64,000 bases of DNA from a virus. This document shows positions 56,190 through 64,000 of the stretch, in pieces. The stretch spans positions 12,843 to 76,842 of IMG/VR virus record IMGVR_UViG_3300008120_000241; one strand, 5' to 3'. The notes beneath the pieces are model-generated. The model was given only the letters and a program-made list of their open reading frames with translations. It had not been told where the DNA came from and did no database searches. The translations under genes were made by a program, and so were the position numbers. Position 1 is the first letter of the stretch. Each line of letters opens with the position of its first letter.

Positions 56190-57644
56190 TTACTTTTTAT
56201 TCACAATTTGAAATTGTAGTTCTCTTTTATAAGTATCTATATTTTTGTCGGATACCACTTTTATATCAATAAAATATTCATTTGGTAATTTATCTCTTGT
56301 GTCAAAAACAAAATAATGTCCGTCCGTTGTTTGGTTAATTCTTGTCCAATCTTGAACTTGAACTTCCGTATTTCCACCCTCTTTAACATATACCCTATAA
56401 TAGGGTTGAACATCATTTAAAACACTTTTTGATGAGTAAGCTTGTTTGATGGTAACATTAACCTTTCTTACGTCCGTATTTAATATTTTTTCACTTTGTT
56501 TTATACCATCAAATGAAAAACCAAATATCTTTGGATTTTCGGTGGTCGTCCCGATTTGGAATTTCTTTGATTTTTCAACTAGGGCGAATTCATTTTCAAT
56601 GTCACCAAATAACTCACCATTTATGGTTATATTTCTCCATACATCATAATAAAGACAAGGAGCATTTTGACAACTAATCGGAGGTACCGTAACTTTATAG
56701 ACTCCACTTGAAACCAAACAAGATTGAAGTGAAGCAAAAACAACATTTTCTTGGTTGTCAATAATATCAACTGTTGGTGCTGAATCAAACATAATTGGTG
56801 TACCGTTGTTGTAACCATATAAATAAAGTTCATTTGTTAGATTACAGACGAAATTATTTCTATTATCAGTGATAAGGTCATCATAATTTGTTTCCAAATA
56901 AGGTTCATAAAATGTTTGTGTGTGCGGCGAGAAAAATCCAACGGAGTAATTCTCTGTCATTCCAGAAATATTTTCAACTTCTGGGTAATAAGCTATCCCC
57001 CAACCAGTAACACCAGTTAATGTTCCATCAAGTATTGAGTTAATTTCATTTGTCATATCAAACTCAATATCTTCGTTTCCAAACTCAAAATGTTGTGTAT
57101 CAACAATTGTAAGTCCAGAATAATTTATACCACTCCCAGTTACTGAGTTTGTATTATCATAAAGCCCTGGGGTTGTCCAATTACTGATGGTTGTTGTTTG
57201 GAACCAATTTGATGGTCTATCAGAAAAAGACCTATCATTTAAGTTTGTAATTTGAAAATTATAATAATCATATCCAACCCCAGAATCCCACATTTGATTA
57301 TCCGGAATCCTAAAAAGTATCAAATCAAAAGATGTTGCCCTTCTTCTACCTTGTGATGTTTTATCATTTAATAATTCATCATCAAAAGATGAGGTATTTG
57401 TCATTTTAAGTGTGTGTGTAATACCCGAAAATCCGGTACAACCAGTTGAAATAAATCCTGTATTTATCTTTTGTTGTAGTAAATTTAAATCAACATTAAA
57501 AATGTACCTACTAAACCCAAATGGAATCCCAACATTGTCTAATTTCCCATAAAATAGTTCAACTATTGGATTTCTACTCGTGTTGGTGTAGGAATTGAAT
57601 AATATAGTATTTGACTTATCAAAATAAGATTTGTGAATTGACAT
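56190..57644 (-). CDS. Putative virion structural (baseplate/tail) protein
   Basis: 484 aa, beta-rich; in operon with gp5-like gene; TATTTAT at 57659-57665. Confidence 0.6.
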   Translation of the reverse strand: MSIHKSYFDKSNTILFNSYTNTSRNPIVELFYGKLDNVGIPFGFSRYIFNVDLNLLQQKINTGFISTGCTGFSGITHTLKMTNTSSFDDELLNDKTSQGRRRATSFDLILFRIPDNQMWDSGVGYDYYNFQITNLNDRSFSDRPSNWFQTTTISNWTTPGLYDNTNSVTGSGINYSGLTIVDTQHFEFGNEDIEFDMTNEINSILDGTLTGVTGWGIAYYPEVENISGMTENYSVGFFSPHTQTFYEPYLETNYDDLITDNRNNFVCNLTNELYLYGYNNGTPIMFDSAPTVDIIDNQENVVFASLQSCLVSSGVYKVTVPPISCQNAPCLYYDVWRNITINGELFGDIENEFALVEKSKKFQIGTTTENPKIFGFSFDGIKQSEKILNTDVRKVNVTIKQAYSSKSVLNDVQPYYRVYVKEGGNTEVQVQDWTRINQTTDGHYFVFDTRDKLPNEYFIDIKVVSDKNIDTYKRELQFQIVNKK

Positions 57645-57666
57645 AATTCGTTTTACTAATAAATAC

Positions 57667-59325
57667 TTAGTTAATACGAATATTACTATTTAAAACTTTT
57701 TGGTATGCTTCCAACATCTTTTTTAACAATTCGTCGGTTGAGGTCCCATCATATGAAACCGAAGATGGTGGTAATAATGGATAAGGATGTACGTGACTAA
57801 CCAAGAACCCAACAATTGATTCAAGTAATTCCAAAAGTTCCTCGCCTCTAACCATTGATGAAGTACTAGGTATCACATTTTGTGACAGACTATTTTGATC
57901 AAACTTATAGGAAGGATTCGGTATTGAGTCGTCGTTATTTTTGGATATATTTTCTTTTTTATCTTTATCGGCTTCAAATTTAACTTTTTGTTTCCCTGGT
58001 ATTTGTGGTGTTTCATTTGATAATAAAAAGATTTGACTTGCCCCTAATATACCTACTGAATTATCCTGAAGTTCATTTGTGATTTGAACTCTTTTTTCTT
58101 TTTTTGGTTTAAATGGTATGTCTGGACTAAATTTGGCATCCAACACCAATCCATAACCAGGACTGATATCTGTTGCGGTCACAAATATACTATTAACCAA
58201 TAATTGCATATTTGAATAAGGTACTAATTCTAGTGATCCTTGAAGTGGGTTACTTTTTAATATGTCCCTTATTCGTTTTGATGGTCTATAATAGAATGGG
58301 AATTGGAGACTATCAACTGAACTGTTATTATTAGCTGTTGTTGTTCCGTCTGGTAAATTTGACAATATTAATGTTGGGTTATTAACTAGTGTGATAATAT
58401 TATCTATTATTAATTTTTTAAACTCATTTAAACTATAAGCAATATCAACATTAATTATTTTTACTTTTGATGGAGTAAATCCACTTAATTCGGTATCATA
58501 TGTGAATGATTGTGTCCTTGTCCTTGCGTCGTTTTCTTTTGGTAATTGATATATTGTGATATTCCCAGTAAACATCTGAGGTACACTTTCTGGGTTGTAA
58601 ATGTCATATTCAATAAGGTATTTAATTTGTCTATCGGTACTTTCTAATTTATAAATTGTTTCCTCTGGTCCGACAATTGTTTTTGTTGCAAATTTGGATA
58701 ATTGTAAGAATGCTCTATTTGCGTCAATAATTGGGATGTCTTGATTATCTGAATCGTATTTGTGTTTTCCGGCCCTTAAAAGAACATCATTGTTTTTTAA
58801 AATTAAATCCGTTGTACCTCTACCCTTGATTCCGACATCGGTTGGTTCAGCAAAAACACCCTTATATTCTCCCTTACGAAAAGAACCGTCAAGGTTTTTC
58901 ATTGCTGGATATTTCCTTCGGTCGTTTTGTTTACCAGAACTTAAATGTGTCCTTGATGAATCATAATCTTCAAAATCTATTTTGGTTGGTGAGGAAAAGG
59001 GAGCAACAATATAAAACCTATCACTTATATTTTTCTTTGCGTTACTATAATAAATAAGCATTACCCTTTCATCTTTTTGTGGAACTTGATTCACAAAATA
59101 GGGTAAAAAAGGTAAGAAAATTAATGGATCAACTGGTGACCATTTACCATTATCGGTATTGGTACTTTTTTCGTCAAAAAGTTGATTAGAACCCTCAAGA
59201 GCCGATAAATTATCGTTGTCTGGTTGTACCCGGATTCTACCCAACATTAAGGGGTCATCACTATCAACAACACGTCCATAAAAAACATTTCTGTTAAACT
59301 GTAAAAATTCTAAACTTTCACTCAT
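57667..59325 (-). CDS. Baseplate hub/spike protein with gp5/VgrG-like N-terminal OB fold
   Basis: GRVVDSDDPLMLGRIRV..VPQKDERV; C-terminal VRGEEL..HVHP. Confidence 0.7.
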   Translation of the reverse strand: MSESLEFLQFNRNVFYGRVVDSDDPLMLGRIRVQPDNDNLSALEGSNQLFDEKSTNTDNGKWSPVDPLIFLPFLPYFVNQVPQKDERVMLIYYSNAKKNISDRFYIVAPFSSPTKIDFEDYDSSRTHLSSGKQNDRRKYPAMKNLDGSFRKGEYKGVFAEPTDVGIKGRGTTDLILKNNDVLLRAGKHKYDSDNQDIPIIDANRAFLQLSKFATKTIVGPEETIYKLESTDRQIKYLIEYDIYNPESVPQMFTGNITIYQLPKENDARTRTQSFTYDTELSGFTPSKVKIINVDIAYSLNEFKKLIIDNIITLVNNPTLILSNLPDGTTTANNNSSVDSLQFPFYYRPSKRIRDILKSNPLQGSLELVPYSNMQLLVNSIFVTATDISPGYGLVLDAKFSPDIPFKPKKEKRVQITNELQDNSVGILGASQIFLLSNETPQIPGKQKVKFEADKDKKENISKNNDDSIPNPSYKFDQNSLSQNVIPSTSSMVRGEELLELLESIVGFLVSHVHPYPLLPPSSVSYDGTSTDELLKKMLEAYQKVLNSNIRIN

Positions 59326-59522
59326 TGTTTAATTCTACTATTAATTTCTTCCAATAATTTATTATAACTAATTTCTGTAGAATCTAAATGGTGTGTTAGC
59401 TTAACAATCAATTCTTTTGTTTTGTTAAAATCTTCATATAAAAAATCCAACACTTGAATTAAATCTTTGTTTGATTTTTTCTTGTAATTTTTTAAAACTT
59501 CTTGTATTTTTTCTTGTTCCAT
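59322..59522 (-). CDS. Small coiled-coil protein
   Basis: 66 aa, coupled in operon. Confidence 0.65.
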   Translation of the reverse strand: MEQEKIQEVLKNYKKKSNKDLIQVLDFLYEDFNKTKELIVKLTHHLDSTEISYNKLLEEINSRIKQ

Positions 59523-59523
59523 A

Positions 59524-61491
59524 TTACATACTTTTTCCGTTAGCCACAGTTGGTAATGTTGTTCCGGCCGGAGTAATAGTTAAAGGTGGGACAAAAACTT
59601 GTGTTTTACCATTTTCTGCCTGTTCTTTATTTTGTCCTTGAACCATTGATTGCATTGCTAGATTCATTAGGTTCGGCCCACCATCAGGTGCTGGTCCCGT
59701 GGGTAATCCAGCTTTTTGTAAATTTTCAATCACGTTAGCCATGGCTCTTGTGTCTGAAACACCACCTAAAACACCGGCCGAAGCTAATATAAATGGTGGT
59801 AAAGTTAAATTCACATTAGAGAGTGCTAAATTAAGAAGTTTTAAAATTTCATCTATTACACTTTTACAATTTCTATAATCTATAACTGCTTGTCCGACAA
59901 TCATTAAAATATAAATGATAGTTGAATACATCCTCAATTGTTTAGTTTTAGATTCCTTTATAATCTCAAGTAAAATACTTTCTACTAAAATTTTGATGTT
60001 AGCTTTCACTACCTCAAACAACTTCTCAACAAAAAGTGCAAAAACTCGTCTGGCGAAATCCAAAATAAATTTTTTAAATACTTTTAAAAACCCCTTAATG
60101 TCGTCATATAGTGTGTCTAAACTTTGACTAAGTTGGTTACCGGCACCTTTAATCATAACTAAAATCCCTATAAGTACTTTCGGTGTTAAAATCGTTTTAA
60201 CAATAATCATTGGGATTTTAGTTATTATAGAAAAATCTATTGATGCTTTTATTTCTAAACCAAAAGTTTTATATTTCGCATCATTAGATATGTCGTCAAC
60301 ATACTTTTTAAACAAATCAACTTTTTTTGCTATTTTTGTTTCTGTAATTATTTCTTCTTGATTTTTTTTCTCATAAAGTAAATTTATTGGAATTAAAATA
60401 TTGCCACAATCCTCAAACTCAACAACACCATTTTTTATATTATCAGCTAATCGTTGTGCTAAGATTGTTTCTTGTGGAGTTACTTCAAAAAAACTATCAT
60501 CAATGTTGTCAAGATCACTTAGTTTTGCAGTACCAGCAACATCTATCTTTTTTGTTGGGTCACTACAAATACCCATAAGTCTTTTAATAATAAAAAAAAA
60601 GGTATTTTGTTTAGTCGTTTCATCGGTTGGAAACCCAACACCAAAACTAAAAGCACCTGTTAAAATGTTTTTTAAGTTCATTAATAGATTATCAAAATCC
60701 ATAATGTCTATACTATTATAGTAATCCCTTAAAAAATCAGATATCTTTGTTCTGTTATTAAGTTGCGGTTTAAGGGTTATTTTATAAAAATCACCAGTCA
60801 CCAATACGTTGTTTTGTGTATAGTTTTGTACATATTCAATATCAAACAATTCTTGTTGTGACGCACCTTTATAGCTTTGTCCGTTACCGGCCGTAGTATC
60901 TTGAGAAAAAGATTGGTTAAGTGATTGTAATCTTTTATAAAGTTGTCGGTTCATTGAATAAGGTATTGAACCATTTGCGGTATCACTACTTTCGTACATA
61001 AATTTACCTACCTCATCATCAGGTGAAATTTTTAAAAGTGAAAATAAGTCAACTTGACTTACTTTGATGTAGATGGGTTGATTTAACACACTTTCATATG
61101 ATTGTTCTTCTGAACAACCTATTGTTGAAATAATAGAATCTGTTAAAATATTCCCAATCTGTCCTTTTAGTTCATTTGCCGCTAAGATAAAAAAAGACGA
61201 AATAGTGGACATAGATTGACTATTACCTGTTTTTGGTAAAGATTCTTTAAATAATTCCAAAAGTGACTCTAATTGATTTTTAGCTTCGCTTTTTATTTGT
61301 TTTATTTTTTCTTGTCCTTGACCCTTTACATCATTTAGTTGTTTTTTTAAGTCTGCTATTTTTTTTTCTTTCGCTGATGTTAAATTTTGTTTTTTTAATT
61401 TCGCTTCAGACTCTTTTGTATCTTTAAGGGTTTTTAATGAGGATACCTTACTTGAGGCATCATTCCAACTTTGATTCAAATCAATAGCCAT
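59524..61491 (-). CDS. Putative virion structural protein
   Basis: 655 aa in baseplate operon; no specific motif recognised. Confidence 0.65.
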   Translation of the reverse strand: MAIDLNQSWNDASSKVSSLKTLKDTKESEAKLKKQNLTSAKEKKIADLKKQLNDVKGQGQEKIKQIKSEAKNQLESLLELFKESLPKTGNSQSMSTISSFFILAANELKGQIGNILTDSIISTIGCSEEQSYESVLNQPIYIKVSQVDLFSLLKISPDDEVGKFMYESSDTANGSIPYSMNRQLYKRLQSLNQSFSQDTTAGNGQSYKGASQQELFDIEYVQNYTQNNVLVTGDFYKITLKPQLNNRTKISDFLRDYYNSIDIMDFDNLLMNLKNILTGAFSFGVGFPTDETTKQNTFFFIIKRLMGICSDPTKKIDVAGTAKLSDLDNIDDSFFEVTPQETILAQRLADNIKNGVVEFEDCGNILIPINLLYEKKNQEEIITETKIAKKVDLFKKYVDDISNDAKYKTFGLEIKASIDFSIITKIPMIIVKTILTPKVLIGILVMIKGAGNQLSQSLDTLYDDIKGFLKVFKKFILDFARRVFALFVEKLFEVVKANIKILVESILLEIIKESKTKQLRMYSTIIYILMIVGQAVIDYRNCKSVIDEILKLLNLALSNVNLTLPPFILASAGVLGGVSDTRAMANVIENLQKAGLPTGPAPDGGPNLMNLAMQSMVQGQNKEQAENGKTQVFVPPLTITPAGTTLPTVANGKSM

Positions 61492-61866
61492 TTATTGTAA
61501 TTTAAATTTTTCATCTGAAGAACCGTTACTTATATCCTTTTTAATTAGGGTTTGTAACATATCTTCGTCCATATCATTAATTGTAAAATTATCATCATTT
61601 GATGATTTTGATTTTTCCCAAATAGATGACTGTAACTTAGATAATGATAACTTTTTTTCTATTGTATCATTTATAATTTTTTGTTGTTCTTTAATGACCG
61701 GACCAATCAGTGTCATATCTTCCGGATCCTTCAACATTGATAGCATTTTATTTTGGATACGCATCGCCGTTGCTCTTTGTTCAACCAACTCGTTATAGAT
61801 TTCTTGCATTAAACTTAATACTGAATCTTTATTTAATGATATTTCTTTTTTTCTTTTTCTGTCCAT
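61492..61866 (-). CDS. Hypothetical protein
   Basis: 124 aa; TATTTAT 5 nt before ATG. Confidence 0.7.
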   Translation of the reverse strand: MDRKRKKEISLNKDSVLSLMQEIYNELVEQRATAMRIQNKMLSMLKDPEDMTLIGPVIKEQQKIINDTIEKKLSLSKLQSSIWEKSKSSNDDNFTINDMDEDMLQTLIKKDISNGSSDEKFKLQ

Positions 61867-61884
61867 AATAAATAAATATTCAAA

Positions 61885-62625
61885 TCACTTATTTATTCTT
61901 TTTAGTGTTTCTAAATATAAGAGCTTGTATTTTTTTAAGTAACTTCTAACATCTTTTGTGGATAAGTTTGTCATTTCCCTTAATTCAAAAAGAACGATGT
62001 TTCTATTAAATTTGTTATTATCATTTCCGATGAAAATATTACCATAATTGTCAAGTAATTCAATAAGTGCATAACCCAACTTTCTTTCACCATCTAACAT
62101 TTCAGTATTATCCACATGGTCTTTTAAGTCGCCCAAAAAAATCTCAATAATTTTCTCAGCATCAATACTTTCAAATTCCATATAATATACCATATCCGGT
62201 CTATTTTCTAGGGTACTTGAAATATCTTCATAAGATATTCTTCTATTTGTATCCTTTTGGTCTTTTTGGATTTGACCCATTAGGTAGTTTTTACAAATTG
62301 TACCAAAATATGAATATGCTTTCTTATTTTTATCTGGTTTAAACTTGTCAACTTTTGTCATCAAAAAAGAGTGTGTGTCAGTATGAATATCGCTATATTC
62401 CATATCTTTTCTATATAATTTATAACGTCTAATAATTGAATCAATCATTTTATCCAATGGATCTTTCAAAAATTGGTTATAAATTACCTCTTTTTCTTCT
62501 TTAGTATCTGCTAGAATATAATTTCTAACAGCCTCTTCTTCCCGTACATCAAAGTAGTTTGTGGTTGTACCTTTACTTGATCTTTTTCTTTTTACACTAA
62601 TATTCTCATCTGAATTTAAAAACAT
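61885..62625 (-). CDS. Phage sigma factor (T4 gp55-like late sigma candidate)
   Basis: Sigma70 region-2-like KVDKFKPDKNKKAYSYFGTICKNYL; N-terminal NYF. Confidence 0.65.
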   Translation of the reverse strand: MFLNSDENISVKRKRSSKGTTTNYFDVREEEAVRNYILADTKEEKEVIYNQFLKDPLDKMIDSIIRRYKLYRKDMEYSDIHTDTHSFLMTKVDKFKPDKNKKAYSYFGTICKNYLMGQIQKDQKDTNRRISYEDISSTLENRPDMVYYMEFESIDAEKIIEIFLGDLKDHVDNTEMLDGERKLGYALIELLDNYGNIFIGNDNNKFNRNIVLFELREMTNLSTKDVRSYLKKYKLLYLETLKRINK

Positions 62626-63428
62626 TAAACTTCTTGTGGTTCATACTTCAAATTCCTATCTGTGGTGAAAAAATGTTCTTTTTTTGCTGAATCAATCCAA
62701 AAAGAAACCTCATCATCAGTAAGATTGTTATCACCAAATTTGTAATTCCAAAATATGGATCCTCTTCTCAGATTCATATGTTTATAACCAATACGTGGAA
62801 TGGTCATAAGTTTCGCTGAGTTATATGTAAGTCTTAATAAAAATTCATAAACAAAAGTCAATTTAACTGACGGCTTAAAACCTCCGGAATTTTCATAAGT
62901 TGATTTTTTAATCACCATTCCACTTGTTTGGAAATTTTGGTAATTTAAAAGTGTTTCATTGTTTAAATAACCCATATCACTATTCAAACTAACAGCAAAT
63001 GTGGCTTCATTTGTAAAACCAACAAAAACACCTTTTTCGTCCGTGTCAACAACCAATGGTAAGAAACCATCAACTTCTGGGTATGATTGGATATACTCTT
63101 TTACATTTTTAAACCAAATGGATGAATATTCATCATCAAATTCCAATACGGACACCCACTTACTTTTGGCGTTTTTAACACCCAAGTTTACTTGTGATGC
63201 AAAATCAAATTCACCATCATTTTGAATGATGTTTACAGTTAATCCACTATAGTCATAAGCTTCAATTTTTGATTTTAGTTGATCTTCACCACTGTGAACA
63301 ATAACCAATTCATTAATTGGTGTGATTTGTATTAATAAGGACTGAACGGCCTTGTTGAAGTAATCATCAAAATCTACGTGTTTTGAGGATTCAATTGGTA
63401 AAATTACTGATACGTCTACTTTTTCCAT
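62625..63428 (-). CDS. Glycosyltransferase family 2
   Basis: VSVILPI, VNLGVKNAKSKWVSVLEFDD (DxD-like), GGF..EFLLRL. Confidence 0.85.
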   Translation of the reverse strand: MEKVDVSVILPIESSKHVDFDDYFNKAVQSLLIQITPINELVIVHSGEDQLKSKIEAYDYSGLTVNIIQNDGEFDFASQVNLGVKNAKSKWVSVLEFDDEYSSIWFKNVKEYIQSYPEVDGFLPLVVDTDEKGVFVGFTNEATFAVSLNSDMGYLNNETLLNYQNFQTSGMVIKKSTYENSGGFKPSVKLTFVYEFLLRLTYNSAKLMTIPRIGYKHMNLRRGSIFWNYKFGDNNLTDDEVSFWIDSAKKEHFFTTDRNLKYEPQEV

Positions 63429-63431
63429 AAA

Positions 63432-63998
63432 TTAAATATTTTCTTCTGTTATTTTTATTTTGTCTAATTGTTGTTCAAATGCTTCAACTCTAATTTTGAA
63501 ATAATCGGCAAATAATTCACCTACTTCATTGTTGAATTTTTCTCTATCTTGGTATTTTGTTGCCGTTTGATACATATTATCATAAAGTTCTTCACTGATA
63601 TTATCTTCCAACCAGTTTTGAGTGAAGTTTGAAATCACATCAATAATAAAGTTGAATTCAGTTAACCAAATACCATTATTTTCATTTAACCATTCTGGTT
63701 TCATATTTGGGACTTTACCAATAACTGGTGTATTTGAAATCATTGATTCAATTGGGAAGGTACCAAAACCCGATTCATTATCAACCCAAACTGACAAATA
63801 AGATTCTTTTAAAAACCTAGAGAAATCTTCTTGATTAATTCCTCGCATATCTCTAAATGTAATCCATCTAAATTGTGGGTATTTCAAATAAAAGGACTTG
63901 ATGATTTTTGCGGTATCTCTTGGTTCTCTTGTGTGGATTGCAATAATTGGTTTTGCTGGTTTCTCTTTTTTGGAAAAATGTTCTGAAATAACCGGTAT
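63432..63998 (-). CDS. GT-B (family 4-like) glycosyltransferase, C-terminal part; gene starts beyond the window
   Basis: ESGFGTFPIESM..NTPVIG motif; frame open to window end. Confidence 0.7.
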   Translation of the reverse strand: MPVISEHFSKKEKPAKPIIAIHTREPRDTAKIIKSFYLKYPQFRWITFRDMRGINQEDFSRFLKESYLSVWVDNESGFGTFPIESMISNTPVIGKVPNMKPEWLNENNGIWLTEFNFIIDVISNFTQNWLEDNISEELYDNMYQTATKYQDREKFNNEVGELFADYFKIRVEAFEQQLDKIKITEENI

Positions 63999-64000
63999 AA

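Noticed and set aside
1-64000. Stop-codon reassignment as in some large phages
   Set aside because: Core genes are intact in code 11 and TAA, TAG and TGA all terminate well-packed genes; the two broken genes are out of frame, not read-through

Overview
AT-rich (standard code 11) segment of a large T4-like myovirus/jumbo phage, almost certainly infecting Bacteroidota: it has TAnnTTTG host-type promoters, signal peptides ending in Gln, no Shine-Dalgarno before genes, and a T9SS-type secreted protein. It contains the head module (terminase large subunit broken into two ORFs, portal with a contiguous HNH-containing intein, phage ribosomal protein bS21, gp21-like prohead protease, acidic scaffold, gp23-like major capsid), baseplate/tail genes, a gp55-like late sigma factor, glycosyltransferases, three free-standing homing-type endonucleases, a tmRNA, and a proteostasis cluster (peptidase, ClpC, UVR-domain protein, FKBP). 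The most notable observations are: (1) a ClpC ATPase split inside Walker A by an atypically split intein with a 24-aa N-fragment; (2) about 20 unrelated late proteins sharing an N-terminal (I/L)xE-rich leader that may be a capsid-targeting/prohead-protease signal; (3) a twice-repeated convergent cassette pairing such a leader protein with a paralogous secreted protein; (4) a structured intergenic RNA with extended complementarity to the Bacteroidota 16S anti-SD tail and no start codon behind it; (5) a tnpB-less IS200/IS605 miniature element inserted at a late promoter; (6) promoter spacing implying many leaderless mRNAs. All family assignments come from motif recognition by eye; no database searches were run.
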